From positions 1 through 64,000 of the forward strand of contig NKIB01012837.1 in NCBI GenBank assembly GCA_002256025.1: DNA of 64,000 nucleotides, written 5' to 3'. Below the pieces are notes generated by a model. The model was not told the origin of the DNA. It was given only the letters and a program-made list of their open reading frames with translations, and ran no database searches. Position numbers and translations under genes: made by a program. The stretch's first letter is position 1. Each line of letters begins with the position of its first letter. Below are positions 23,352 to 35,945 of the stretch, piece by piece. The DNA is from Asterionella formosa. Lineage: Eukaryota.

Positions 23352-24984
23352 CCTCACAATGGGCTCAAAGCAAGTGCAAGTAATATACTTGTGACTGAGT
23401 TACAAGGATAATACAATGAGAACAAAAGACAGCAAGCCAGCTGTATTTGCGCTATTTCTCTATCAAGCGTCTGGAAAGATTGCGAGAGGCGAGAGAACAG
23501 AAGAAGAGAGCGACGTTGCTTTATCCACGTCGCATCCATTGGTTGAACAAATGCAAATCAGTACTCCTATAATACCGTTATCATCGGCGGGCAACAACCG
23601 AGCGACGAGATGGCTAATGACGACACGGTTTTGTGGACTTACCTGCGACTGAGATGTTTACTGGCAGATAGAGCTGCGTTTGCCCGTTGCTATGCTACAG
23701 GTAGTATAAAAAACTACAACTACTGGTATGTAACCACATGTGACGGACAAGAACGAGAGTTGTGTGTTCGGCTAGCTACTGGTACATCCTTACTAACTAC
23801 CGGCATGGATCAGGTAACCAGGTAAAGCACGTGCAGCCTTTGGAGAATCAAACGTTCTTTGTAGACGAAAGGGCAATAGAAAATCACACGATAAAAAGAA
23901 TCCTAATCAGTCCAGTGTTTTCTTAGCTAAATAAAAAGCATTGCAGACTTAAGCATTACATAATAAAGCTTCAGTTTTTAAAACTTAAGTCAACTTTATT
24001 AAAGCTTAAAAAAGTCTGGAATGCTGCCAAGAGGAGAAGAAGTCGAAAATGGCAAATAGCGTTGATTTCATAATTTTGGAGATTTACTAGTATCACTCAT
24101 GTATCCTTGCATAGTAACCTTTGTAGACTTTGTTCTCCCTCTGATAACAAGACAGCATAGCTAGTACATATTGGGAGCAATACAAGTTCACCACAAATAT
24201 TATATTGTCACACATCACCTGTATTGTTGTCATTGCCTTCCTTGTCACCCCGGCCCCTTTTAATCTTGTTTGTCTTGATTGATGGTGTCTCACAGATTCA
24301 CACAGATTAATTGTAGGATTTAGGAGCTGCCCCTTGGAGGTGAGGTAATTTTAGCCATTGTCCCTCATGTGGCAAACAAACAGAGATACCTCCTACTAAC
24401 AATAAGTGACAAGCAGTAGCCCAGAAATTGTAGCACAGTATCTTGGTCCACCAGAATCTCACACAGCAGCCAGTCCAATTTCATATCTCCTCATTCTTGT
24501 GAAATCAGCGATAACGACTATATGAGCGAGGAAGGTTTGATTTTCAAGAAAAGCAACTGGCATAATGGAAGAGAAAGAAACATCCTTCAAGGCGGAAATT
24601 GGCAACCAAGAAAAGGAAAGGTAATAGATGTTGCTACCAGTAGTAAGTAGTATCTTTCTACTCTTCCGCATCAGCGCGATATACTGGGGATGGTATATCT
24701 ATACAGCATTATGTATAGCACCAGTACCATGGTACGGTAGTTCGCTCGTCGCCATTAGCATCACCAAAACAACGGATAAATATCTAGCAAATCCGATGGT
24801 TCGTCGAGCAACAAAATCAAGAAGGAAAAACCACAATAAATCCTTCATCCAGAAAATCAGATTCGCATACCGGTACATCAACATGTTTACAGCCCAGCCC
24901 ATACGAGGCAAGCGACTCACACATTATTATTCCAGCACCACAATTTGAAATTCTCATCCTCATCAAGCGGTCTATCTAAACGTA

Positions 24985-27900
24985 ATGTTGATCAAGCGCA
25001 CCTTGGCATGGGCCGTTCTAACGGCGTCCCTGATGGCGTTGGAGAACTATCAAGCAGCATGCTGTTCCGCATTTGTCCTTCAACAGCCGAAGCGAAGCCC
25101 TTCGGTCCCGTTGTTGAATTTTCGTCACACGATTGCGAAGCGAAACAAATCGCTCCCTTCGACGACACAGGAGAATGCTGTGAGCGAACGCACAGACTCG
25201 TCTGTGAACAAGAAGCCCAACATTGTGCTTGTGGCTGGATTTGAATCATTCAACAGGGCGTTGTATCAAAATGCCGCCAATGATCTAGGGATAAACCTCC
25301 AAGTGTTTGCCGATTCAGATATTCGTGGAAGGGTGATTTCTAATGGCGACGAGTCAGGTGTTAACCCGGTTTTTGCTAAAGCTGTCAAGTCTGCGGACGC
25401 ATTCGTTGGATCACTGATTTTTGACTACGACGATGCGCTTGCGATTCAGAAACTTCTGGACGAGGTGAAAGGCCCTCGGCTAATATTTGAGAGTGCAACA
25501 GAGCTCATGTCCTACAATAGAATAGGATCATTTTCCATGGAATCAGGCAACCAGCTCGCTGGTCCACCTCCTGCCGTGAAAGCGATTCTATCGAAATTCT
25601 CGTCTGGAAAAGAAGAGGATAAGCTCAGCGGATACCTCAAAATGCTCAAAATGGGACCAACGCTGTTAAAGTACATACCTGGGGAAAAGGCCAGTGACCT
25701 GCGAACGTGGTTAGAATCGTACCGATACTGGAATCAAGGAGGCTCGAAGAATGTTGGCGCAATGTTGCAATTGATTGCTCAGCGTTGCAAGAATAAGCCA
25801 ATATCGGAGCTAGAATTACCGGAACTAGTGGTGACACCCGATACCGGACTATTGCATCCGATGCATGATGGATACTTTAAAAGTCCATCTGCTTACTTGC
25901 TGTGGCGCAAATCATCCGCTTGCAAGCAGAAAGCCATGGAACAACACTTCCAATTGGCTTCTGACTCTGGTCCCGTAGTAGCATTTCTTCTCTATAGAAA
26001 ACATGTAATCACGGAACAAAGATATGTCATGGACCTAATCACGCAAATGGAATCACAGAATATTATACCTGTCCCAATTTTCATCAATGGTGTTGAAGCT
26101 CACACCATTGTTCGAGACTGGTTAACGAGTAAACACGAAAGCAAAGGGGTAACGCTTGGATCGTTGTCACGTGATTCTACTTTTCAAGAATCTGCGTCGG
26201 TAGATGTGGACGCAATCGTGAACACAATTGGTTTTCCTCTAGTTGGAGGCCCTGCTGGGTCCATGCAAGCTGGACGGAATGTAGCAGTTGCTGAATCGCT
26301 ATTGAGAAGCATGAATGTTCCATACATTGTTGCAAGTCCGCTATTACTACAGAGCATTCCTCAATGGAGGAAAAGTGGAGTCCTAGGCCTTCAATCTGTT
26401 GTGCTTTACTCGCTACCGGAATTAGATGGAGCTATTGATACAGTAGTTCTTGGAGGACTTGTTGGAGATAAAATCGCTTTGATTCCTGAGAGGGTACGTA
26501 AGCTCGCGAGACGTGTTCATGGATGGGTAAATTTACGACAGACACCATTGGCGGAACGAAGGATTGCGATTTCAATCTATGGTTTTCCGCCCAATGTTGG
26601 GGCCGTAGGCACAGCTGCTCTCTTAGATGTTCCAAGATCCCTCGAGGCATTGCTCCAGAGACTTCACAAGGAAGGGTACGATGTTGGGTCGTTCGCTACT
26701 GATCCAGACGCCTCAGGCGAGAGTTTAGTTGCAGCGTTGTCAATTTTGAGCGAGCCCGGTGTCATTGCTTGCGGGGCTTCGAGAATGCAAGAATGCATTG
26801 ATAAGAAGATTAGTCGAGCGATAGATGGTGACCCGACGGTAGCTGCTACACTAGCAAAGCAGGGAGGTGGTTTAGGAGGGGCGGTCGTGCGAGCCATAGA
26901 TATATCTCGAGAAGAATTAGATGTATCTTTGGGGCGCTACATGTCAAAGAAGGTGCGGCGAGCATGGGCCGACAAGGATCGTGCACCCGGGGTTTCTTCC
27001 ACAAGAAATTTGGTAGTATCTGGAATGCAATTGGGAAATTTGTGGATTACCGTACAACCACTTCTGGGAGTTGAAGGTGATCCTATGCGGCTGCTTTTTG
27101 AACGAGACCTTACGCCACATCCACAGTATTGTGCTGCCTATCACTGGCTTCAACGTAGTGAAGCTAATGGTGGCATTGGCTCCCAAGCAGTAATTCACTT
27201 GGGTATGCATGGGACTGTTGAATGGCTTCCTGGTCAGCCCTTGGGAAATGACAGACAGTCATGGAGTGACGAGTTAATAGGGGATCTGCCGAACTGTTAT
27301 GTTTACGCCGCCAATAACCCTAGTGAAAGTATTCTCGCGAAGCGACGCGGTTATGGGACCCTGGTGAGCTACAATGTCCCACCATATGGAAGAGCAGGGT
27401 TATATCTTGATCTTGCAAACCTTCGGGAACTGATCGATGACTACAGATCAAACGATAGTAGCAACGAGTTGCTCAGTTCGATTTGGAGTACTTGCCAACG
27501 CGCTGGTATTGACAACGACGTTCCATTGCTTGACAAATCCGGAGCACAAGTAAAGGATCAAGAGTTATCCTCAGAACTGGATATTTCCATAATAGATTCA
27601 TGGGTTGTCAACGTTTCGAATTATTTGAATATTTTGCAAGAACGCCTTTTTTCAAGTGGTCTACATACTCTTGGAAGTCCTCCATCGACCAAGCAGGCTA
27701 TGGAATCCTATCTTAATGCTTATTTTGGAGAGCAACTTTCTGACGACGATCGCCAGAATATCTTTGACGCGTGGCAGAATGAGAATTCGTCTCAGGAATC
27801 GAAGTCTGAAAATCCGCTGGTGTCCTTCCTTTCGTGGCTGAAAAGCTTCATTGATACGAAGCGTACGGACAAGGTCGAGGAGAGAGGTTATTCTCAACTT

Positions 27901-29268
27901 GAAAAAGAAGCCCTTGAGATACTATCACTGCTCAATCGAAACACCGAAGAAATCGACAGCATTATCAATTGCTTGGATGGAGGTTATGTCCCAGCTGCTC
28001 CTGGTGGTGATCTGCTTCGAGATGGTCCATCAGTCCTTCCTACTGGTCGTAACATACACGCACTGGATCCGTATCGCATGCCTTCTGTTGGGGCCTGGGC
28101 AAGAGGCCAGAAAGCGGTGGAGGAAATATTGAAGCAGCATCGTGCCGCCAATGAAGGCAGAGATCCAGAGACTGTGGCGGTGAATCTTTGGGGTTTGGAT
28201 GCTATCAAAACTAGGGGCGAGTCAGTTGCCATTGTATTGGCATTAGTTGGTGCAACTCCCATCAAGGAAGGTACAGGCCGAATAGTGAGGTTTGACTTGA
28301 TTCCACTGGAAGAATTGGGTAGGCCTCGGATCGACGTGCTTGCGTCGATGAGTGGTATTTTCCGAGATTCCTTTGCCAACATTGTCGATCTTTTGGATGA
28401 CATGTTTGAACGAGCAGCTAGTGCACAGGAACCGGAGTCAATGAATTACATTAAGAAGCACGCAACGTTACTTATTGCTGATGGCGTCGACAGACCTGCT
28501 GCTCGTTTATTCTCAAATCCTCCGGGAGACTATGGCAGCATGGTGAACGAAGTGGTTGGCTCTGGTGATTGGGACGATTCGGAGTCACTTGGGGAGACCT
28601 GGAAGAGTAGGAATAACTTTTCATATGGGCGAAATGAACAAGGAGCCACTGTTGGGACAGCCCGGCCGGAAGTTTTAGACTTGCTCTTGAGAACAACTGA
28701 TCGAGTGGTCCAAGAAGTAGACTCTGTCGAGTATGGTTTGACCGATATTCAGGAGTACTATGCCAACACTGGCGCCTTAAAAAAGGCTGCTGAGAATCGC
28801 AAGGGCGGCAAGAAAGTGGTGATTTCTATTGTTGAGGCATTTGGAAACACTGGCGACGGTGTGCCTGTTCGTGATGTCGATGACGTGCTTCGTTTGGAGT
28901 ACAGAAGCAAGCTTCTAAATCCCAAATGGCGCGACGCAATGCTTAGGCAAGGAAGTGGTGGAGCATACGAGATCTCTCAGCGAATGACGGCAATGGTTGG
29001 CTGGTCTGCGACTGCCAATGTGGACAATTTTGTCTTTGATCAGGCTTACGAAAGGTATGCATTAGACGAGGATGTAGCAAAGAAGCTGCAGCAGGCTAAC
29101 CCTGAGGCATTTAAAAATGTAATTCGACGCATGTTGGAAGCGGCTGGGAGAGGAATGTGGTCCACGAGTGACTCAACTTTGGCCAATTTGAAAGCCTTGT
29201 ACAGTGATGCTGATGACAGGATTGAGCAAGGCTCGTCAATTCAACGACAAGTTCAACATAGAAAGTAA
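24985..29268 (+). CDS. chlH: Magnesium chelatase subunit H (CobN/ChlH family), plastid-targeted
   Basis: 1427-aa intronless ORF with a signal peptide followed by CSAFVL. Motifs GFPLVGGPAG, LPELDG, YGFPP, GVEGDPMRLLF, HLGMHGTVEWLPG, YAANNPSE..AKRR, LPTGRNIHALDP, LWGLD.IK, SGIFRD, DIQEYY, LLNPKW. Confidence 0.93.
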   Translation: MLIKRTLAWAVLTASLMALENYQAACCSAFVLQQPKRSPSVPLLNFRHTIAKRNKSLPSTTQENAVSERTDSSVNKKPNIVLVAGFESFNRALYQNAANDLGINLQVFADSDIRGRVISNGDESGVNPVFAKAVKSADAFVGSLIFDYDDALAIQKLLDEVKGPRLIFESATELMSYNRIGSFSMESGNQLAGPPPAVKAILSKFSSGKEEDKLSGYLKMLKMGPTLLKYIPGEKASDLRTWLESYRYWNQGGSKNVGAMLQLIAQRCKNKPISELELPELVVTPDTGLLHPMHDGYFKSPSAYLLWRKSSACKQKAMEQHFQLASDSGPVVAFLLYRKHVITEQRYVMDLITQMESQNIIPVPIFINGVEAHTIVRDWLTSKHESKGVTLGSLSRDSTFQESASVDVDAIVNTIGFPLVGGPAGSMQAGRNVAVAESLLRSMNVPYIVASPLLLQSIPQWRKSGVLGLQSVVLYSLPELDGAIDTVVLGGLVGDKIALIPERVRKLARRVHGWVNLRQTPLAERRIAISIYGFPPNVGAVGTAALLDVPRSLEALLQRLHKEGYDVGSFATDPDASGESLVAALSILSEPGVIACGASRMQECIDKKISRAIDGDPTVAATLAKQGGGLGGAVVRAIDISREELDVSLGRYMSKKVRRAWADKDRAPGVSSTRNLVVSGMQLGNLWITVQPLLGVEGDPMRLLFERDLTPHPQYCAAYHWLQRSEANGGIGSQAVIHLGMHGTVEWLPGQPLGNDRQSWSDELIGDLPNCYVYAANNPSESILAKRRGYGTLVSYNVPPYGRAGLYLDLANLRELIDDYRSNDSSNELLSSIWSTCQRAGIDNDVPLLDKSGAQVKDQELSSELDISIIDSWVVNVSNYLNILQERLFSSGLHTLGSPPSTKQAMESYLNAYFGEQLSDDDRQNIFDAWQNENSSQESKSENPLVSFLSWLKSFIDTKRTDKVEERGYSQLEKEALEILSLLNRNTEEIDSIINCLDGGYVPAAPGGDLLRDGPSVLPTGRNIHALDPYRMPSVGAWARGQKAVEEILKQHRAANEGRDPETVAVNLWGLDAIKTRGESVAIVLALVGATPIKEGTGRIVRFDLIPLEELGRPRIDVLASMSGIFRDSFANIVDLLDDMFERAASAQEPESMNYIKKHATLLIADGVDRPAARLFSNPPGDYGSMVNEVVGSGDWDDSESLGETWKSRNNFSYGRNEQGATVGTARPEVLDLLLRTTDRVVQEVDSVEYGLTDIQEYYANTGALKKAAENRKGGKKVVISIVEAFGNTGDGVPVRDVDDVLRLEYRSKLLNPKWRDAMLRQGSGGAYEISQRMTAMVGWSATANVDNFVFDQAYERYALDEDVAKKLQQANPEAFKNVIRRMLEAAGRGMWSTSDSTLANLKALYSDADDRIEQGSSIQRQVQHRK

Positions 29269-29444
29269 TCTGACTTGTCCGTGGCTGTCAACATGTGAAC
29301 GCTGCTCAATTACATCTGGTTAACACAAATCCAAGACAATCTATGGTTCTCAATAGCTGACACACCAGGAAGGAACTTGTCATTTCATAGTTCCCCAGGA
29401 GTACTTTGGTTCTGTGCACTGCGCCGATCAGTATATTTATATTA

Positions 29445-29494
29445 CTCTCTCTCTCTTTTTCTCTCTCTCTCTCTCTTTTTCTCTCTCTCTCTCT
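29445..29494. repeat. Compound (CT)n microsatellite with repeated TTTT interruptions
   Basis: ctctctctctcttttt ctctctctctctctcttttt ctctctctctctct. Confidence 0.9.
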
Positions 29495-29831
29495 AAATAT
29501 GTAGCTTTTAGAAAAGTTGAAATCAATGTTTTAACTAAATAAAGCTTGATGTTGATCCAAATGGAAATTCGGCAATACTTTTGCAGGCGGGCGGACCCAA
29601 TATTATTCTGAACTATATCCGTGAAAAAATTTCAAGTTGCCCAAACTCTCGAGTCCATCATGAAAGACAATTCGTACCAAGAGGGATGCCGTTGTATAAT
29701 CTAAATGCGACCATACATACTGAGTGCGTGTGGCATGGCTATAGCAACTGATGTGATGCACTTAGTCGTGTATGATATTCATATCTTCGTAAGAAATTAA
29801 TTATAAAAAAAATGTAGGCAATGGCCGGTCA

Positions 29832-31613
29832 TTAGACTATTTTGGGTGTCCTTTCGTCCCAATCCTCTTCTGAGTTCACAGCGACCTGGGCTCGGCGCCC
29901 CCGACTAGATGACGATCCCGATCGTCTCCTGGAACGATTTCGATGTCGCGAGGGTGGCAACAAATGCGAATGGCTGAGAGACTTAATCAGTAAATTGGTA
30001 ATGGAGTGGTGAAGGTAGCACGCATACATTGCCAAAGCACAGCAAAGCACGATACTAATCACTAACCCAGCCTTTTGAGCATCAGTGACTTCGTTGCTGG
30101 CACCGAAGCCCAACTCGGAACTACTAACATAAACTTCACCCTGGCTATTGTAAGTGCCGGAACGAATTGATTCGATAAACGAGCATTCAGTGCTGCGGTC
30201 GGTACTGTCACCGAAGATATCATAATTGAGGTTGTTGGTACACCTGGCACTCGAGCGGTGCACTTTGTTGCACATGTTGCTGTTTGAGCTGTAAAATGGA
30301 GCACTTCCCTGAAAAAGCAAAGAAAAAAGTACGTCAGTTTCATTTCAACAGGCATATCGAAAAAAAGAATTTGAAAGAACGTACCGTTTCGGAACAGTCA
30401 ATGCATACACCGCTGTAGAAATCTTGAAACATGCTTTTTCGGAACATGATGCCGCTGAAATCGCGCAAGTTAACTTCGCCGCCAGCATACTGTGAGCAGT
30501 AAGGATCATAGAAAATAGACATGGTAATAGTTCCAGCACTAGGATCACATCTCGGCCTGATCCAGAAGTACGCATTCGCACCGTATTTGTCTTGACCTCC
30601 AACCTTTGTACATTCAACGTAATTCAAGTAATCCTCGTATTTCACATATCCCGCATCGTCGTCGCTGTTTCCAGCACAGGTATTCGCGGCAGCAGCGCAA
30701 TCGTAGGCATAAGTGTCGCAATCAGAAATAGCATCATCTCCTGTGGATTCTGCTGAATTGTCGGTTTCTTCTTCTTGGTTATTCTCGGCTTCTGTGGCTT
30801 GATTATGATCAAAAAATTAGGAGTAAGTAATTCAGTGTCCTGACGACGATTAAATCAAGGCAATTCTCAAATTGCACAAAAGAATCAAACAATGCAAAAC
30901 GTACCTGCGTCTTCTTCATTTTCGTCCTCCTTGTTGTCATCCCCATTTTCCTTGTTGTCATTATCCTTGCCGTCCCCATTGTCCTTGTTGTTGTTATTAT
31001 TGTCCTTGTCATTGTTTTCGTTCTTGTTGTTATTATTGTCATTGTTATTATTATCGTTTTCACCCAAACCTCGCCGATTGTTACATGTCGCGCAAAATGA
31101 GCATAGATTGTCCTGCTTTTCCATTGTATATTTAACCATAACTTTGATGTAGTCGCCCATATTCATGGCATACTCTGCGTAATTGTAGTAGCAGCCAAAC
31201 GCCTTGCTCTGGCTACAGGCCTTGTACGGACAAAGACGAAGAATAACAATATCATCCGTTACCAGGGAAGAATACTCTCCGTTCTTGACAGCGTCTTCCG
31301 AAAAGCGTTTAATGGTCTGACATTTGGCGTACTTGAGGGAATACCCCTGGAAGGAATATCGGTAGTCCTCGGCAACGACGTAGTCATCATTTGCCAACTT
31401 ACGACGCAGCTCCTCTGCAGTGATGAATGTTGCTTTGTTCCACAGTTCGTCCTCCTGGGTAGTGCTGTCCTGGGTGGCGTCATTACGTTGCCAACGCGGC
31501 TGATGTTGGTTCAAAACGGAATTTTGCACAACATCCCGGTGGAAGCCATTGGTGGCCAGAACAGATGGTAAAAAGTCCAGCAATAACGGCAGCAGCAGAT
31601 ACAAAACTCTCAT
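29832..31613 (-). CDS. Silicanin-1-like single-pass membrane protein (diatom silica deposition vesicle family), about 532 aa
   Basis: Exons 31613-30905, 30797-30385 and 30308-29832. Signal peptide, RXL motifs (RRKL, RRGL) and Cys-patterned luminal blocks (YSLKYAKCQ, ILRLCP..CS...GC..NYAEY, C..C, IRPRC, IFYDPYCS, CIDC, CNKV..SARC, CSFIES..GTYNSQGEVY). Also an Asn/Asp-rich insert, one TM helix and a cytosolic tail. Confidence 0.75.
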
Positions 31614-32623
31614 GGCCAGAGAGAAGAAAAGTTCCAATTGGTACTACAGTTATTATTATGGAGAGGAAGGAAGCAGAAGCGACTGATCCAATTATCAAAG
31701 ACAGGCCAGCAATTTCTTTGAATAATAAAGGAAATACTTGTCGCTGGACGTTAATGTATTGTGAATGTTCATGTAGTTCTGTATGGATATAGAATCAGAG
31801 TATTATTTGTATATACACGTTCCTCTTAGCTTTCTGCATATACATATTCGTACTTTTACATATTTATACTTCCGCACATATGACTTTTACTGTAATATGC
31901 AAGTACTGAACGATCCCATAATATATATTTATCGAGTATGTATGTTCAGCAGTACCTCGAATTAGACGGTTTGAAAGCACTGCTCAACAACGGCATTGGA
32001 CGCTGTGAGCGAGGCTACCTCAAACCCTGTATTTTCTCTACGAGTGAGTAGAGTACCGGTAGATATTAGACTCTAGTAATGAAATAAATTGATCGGAGAC
32101 GATACAAGTGATCACAAGTTACTCCAGAGTCCACGCCGGGCAGGTATTTACCGGCCGGTAGCAAGTATATTTGAATCTGTCGTTCCCTGTGCAGCCGAGA
32201 AGTTTCATGTGGTCATTTTGAAGAAACGGACAACGTGGCGCCGGACAGGCGCTTATGCGGAGAGAAGTGGATGATCGAAAGATTAAAGTTGTCTGTATTA
32301 GTACGTGAGGCACGGTGCGTACATATCTTCCCGGGAAGAAATTGTCTGATTCTGTGGGAGAATATCAGGGAGTCCTGTCCCTCCCTCGTTACTCAATAAA
32401 CTGACATAAACCCCTTTTCTATTTAGGTTTATGACATATCAGCTTCTGGAGAGTTAACATATTTCAATCAAATTTTGTTCATTATGGGGGACGTTTTGAT
32501 CTCATCACAAGAACTATTGATGAGTATGACATTTCGGCTGAAAATCATTGTTGACAATCTAGCTAATCTCCAAGTTTGGCTGCGCAACATGAAACCTAGT
32601 TCAGCGAACTATTCTCAAGATGA

Positions 32624-34220
32624 TCAATACTTCGGATCCCACACCCACAAGTTAATCAGCCACTTTTCTCCTTCTCTAACTGGCTTGGCAGCATGCTGGG
32701 AGAAATCATCCATGTTTCCATCAGGCAATTGGGAATAAAACAAAACCGCCTTACCCTTTTTAGGCAAAACTTTGAGTTCGGCAAAAGATTCTGCATTCAA
32801 ATATCGCGGAAAACCAGTCTCCCCGCCAACGAGGCCATCATCATTCAAGTAAAAGAGGAGTGTCGCAAATCTTGCGGATTGTGTTTTGGAATCCATTTTT
32901 GCATATCCAAAATCATGATGTGCGGTGTACTCTTGGCCGGGATCATAGTGAACCAACTGCAATGACTCTGCCAAGGTCCTATTGGATATTGCCTTTGAAT
33001 GTTCCCCGTCACCACGCTCCCGCAAGAGTGCTTCATCAATTCTCAAAAGATCAGCGGAACGTCTATAAATGGCATCAAAGATCGGGGAGCGCTCTCGCTC
33101 TACCCATGAATTGTATGACGTGCGAGTCTTTCGGGTGCCATCATTACCAGGCTTTTCGCCAAGACCAACTGCTCCTGTGGCAGATAGTTTCAAGTTTTCT
33201 CCACCTGCAATATCCAAAATGTGAGCAATTTCAACATCACTAAGAAAATCTGGAATCTCAAACACACGTGGTTGGCAAGAGAGGACTTTCAGGGAAAAGG
33301 TGGCAATCCCTGGAGCGCGATACTCTGCCAGTAGACGGGGTTCACCTTCCTTCAAGAGTCGGCTTGCTCCAACTGCATCGATTTTAGTTAAGATTTCTGG
33401 TGGTGGCAATGAGGTAAAATGAGTCTCTGTTGATGTGACCCAGTGGGTCTGCTCGAAGAAATCAGCTGGCCACATGTAGTGCATAGGAGGCGGTCGAAGA
33501 TAATGTGCAAGATAGGAGCGGCCAGTGTATTTCTTGTAGACGTCATTAAAAGCAAGGGTTTTACGCCATGACATGTAGTGACCTTGCTGCTCGTTGGAAA
33601 GCTCATTAAAGATTTTATCCCGCGTCTTGTTTTCTTCCCCTTCAATAATAAAGGGATCGTACGTATAAATACTCTCTGGATAGCTGCCAATAACAAAACG
33701 AATCAAAATATTTTCGGGGTGCTCCTCTTCAGCCATGAAGAATCGGTGTCCAGGAAATGACGCGGTTCCAGATGTAGAGAAGGGAGAAATGTGGCTCATC
33801 AGCGAAGCGTGTCCTCCAGCATATGGCTCCCTGATAGTTTGGTGTGAGAGCCTAAGAATGTCATTTCAACACACTTCCACGAAAAGTCTCTTATACAACT
33901 GCACTGGGGACACTTCTGGGTACTCACCAATACAACCTAACCGGCTCACTGCTCAAATTAATAAACTTTGCAGCGAATCCTTGGTGCTTCGGAACCACGG
34001 GTTCCAGGGCTGGCGCCATGATGTGGTAAAAATCTGTGACATGTGGCGGAATCCACACCAACGCCTTTTCCACCTTTCCTTGGAACTCCCATTCAATCTC
34101 CTTCAGATTGGGATCAATCTTTGTTCCGACTTCTGGTTCCGAGCATGTGTGCGACTCTCCGGAGACTATTACTATCAGTATCAAGAGGGGAAGCCATGTC
34201 GGGATGCTAGTGAACAGCAT
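32624..34220 (-). CDS. Prolyl 4-hydroxylase-like 2OG-Fe(II) oxygenase with signal peptide, about 506 aa
   Basis: Exons 34220-33928 and 33851-32624. Motifs LSCQPRVFEIPDFLS..E, RTS, ESLQLVHY..GQEYTAHHD (HxD), RFATLLFYLND, GGET.FP, PKKGKAVLFY, HAAKPV..GEKW. Confidence 0.9.
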
Positions 34221-34481
34221 GTTTGGAGCTTCGCATGTGTGTCGAAAAGAACACTACAATTCGCATTTATTCGAGGAGCGAAGGCACAATGACAATTATA
34301 TTTATTATGCCGAACCCTAAAATTCTAAATTCGTTGCAAGTTGTTGCGGAAATTTTGGTCAACTAAAGATTTAGTTTTTTTCATCCCAGATTAAATTGTT
34401 GCTTTAAGCAAAATGACCGCAACTTGCTTTCCTCTGAAGAACAACATAACGGCATAAAAAATTCACAAGGAAAAAGGAAGC

Positions 34482-35945
34482 ATGAGCGGCAACGGGATAC
34501 TACATCTCAGTCAGAGGAAGCGACAACCTGCTGTTGCTGCTCCCGACAATGAAAACCATAATCACGCTCAAGACCATAGAAGCAAGCAGAGCTCCAAGTA
34601 TAATGACATCAGCAAACCATGGTCAGGGAAAGGTCTGCCAGACCAATCGTTGACCAAATCTCTCGACTACCACAGCTCGACTCGACGAAATCAATTGGAG
34701 GACTGTGACAAGATAATGTCAGAAAAGAAACAAATCAGTTGCTTTTGCTTTTCCAGAAGGGTACAACGCTATCCAATTCTCAACAGTCGAGCAGTTTTGG
34801 TCGTTCTTACTGCAGCTACAACATGGGTGATTCAGTATATGCTCTATCGATACAGGATCCTTGACATTGGAGACTTTTCTGGAAAAGCAGGAGAAAGATC
34901 GGAACATCCGATCGATACCAAATTTGATATTTCAAGTTACACTGGTCCCTCTAGAACGTTTCCAATCTTTCAACATCCCTTTCCATGCTTTCCTGAGGAA
35001 AAGGGCCTATACCTCATGTTGGAAACACCGGCGAACGAAGGCTTCTTCTTTCAACGTCCTCTAAAAACGGGCTCCACCACTATGGCAGGGATCGTCATGA
35101 GAATCGCACATCGAAAGAAATTACCAGGGACACGAGCTTGCAAGCATCGATCATATCATGGAAGGGCAACAAAGTATCAATATGGCAATAGGACCAAAGG
35201 GAAATCATTTCTTTTTTCTATTTTGAGAGAGCCAACAAAGCGGTCTATATCATATTTTTTTCATTTCATGGCGAGTATCGATCAAGAACCTACTGACAAA
35301 AACTTCAAGTCAGCTATGATGTCCCCCTCTATGGAGGACATGTATTTCTTGGATTTGGCTGTTGCACCCATGCCACTGCCCATCAATAATCACAACAAGA
35401 CAAAAGTGGTGGAAGAAATTTTGAATGCCTATGACTTTATTGCTGTAACAGAGCGCATGGATGAATCATTGGTAGTATTGAAGATGCTTCTCAACTTAGA
35501 TACGGAAGATATACTTTATGTGAAAGAACGAAGTAAAGGTGGTTTTTCCAATGGACCAGTAGAAAAGCCATGTATATATATCATACCCAGCTTTTTAACC
35601 GATGATATGAAGAAATTTTTTGCGAGTGATGTCTGGAAAAAGAGAGTGGAAGGAGATGAACTATTGTACAAGGCTGCCTACAAATCATTAGACCGAACTA
35701 TTGATGCACTTGGACGCAAAAATGTGGAAAAGGAACTCCTTCACTTTCAAAAAGTAAATAGCTATGCTCAAGAAAAGTGTGAACCCCACGTTCAATCGCT
35801 TTGCGACAAGGGAGGTAATAGGATTGCAGGTGTAAATACCACATGTTACATTTGGGGTGAAGGCTGTGCTCATGATTGTCTCGATACCATTTCAATCAAG
35901 GATTTGATACTTTCAGGGGATCTAGAAGTCAACAATAAGCTGTAG
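34482..35945 (+). CDS. Membrane-anchored sulfotransferase-like protein (Gal-3-O-/carbohydrate sulfotransferase type)
   Basis: N-terminal TM anchor (type II topology), 5'-PSB-like KTGSTT, 3'-PB-like LREP..RSISYF, and DFIAVTERMDESLVVL. Confidence 0.7.
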   Translation: MSGNGILHLSQRKRQPAVAAPDNENHNHAQDHRSKQSSKYNDISKPWSGKGLPDQSLTKSLDYHSSTRRNQLEDCDKIMSEKKQISCFCFSRRVQRYPILNSRAVLVVLTAATTWVIQYMLYRYRILDIGDFSGKAGERSEHPIDTKFDISSYTGPSRTFPIFQHPFPCFPEEKGLYLMLETPANEGFFFQRPLKTGSTTMAGIVMRIAHRKKLPGTRACKHRSYHGRATKYQYGNRTKGKSFLFSILREPTKRSISYFFHFMASIDQEPTDKNFKSAMMSPSMEDMYFLDLAVAPMPLPINNHNKTKVVEEILNAYDFIAVTERMDESLVVLKMLLNLDTEDILYVKERSKGGFSNGPVEKPCIYIIPSFLTDDMKKFFASDVWKKRVEGDELLYKAAYKSLDRTIDALGRKNVEKELLHFQKVNSYAQEKCEPHVQSLCDKGGNRIAGVNTTCYIWGEGCAHDCLDTISIKDLILSGDLEVNNKL

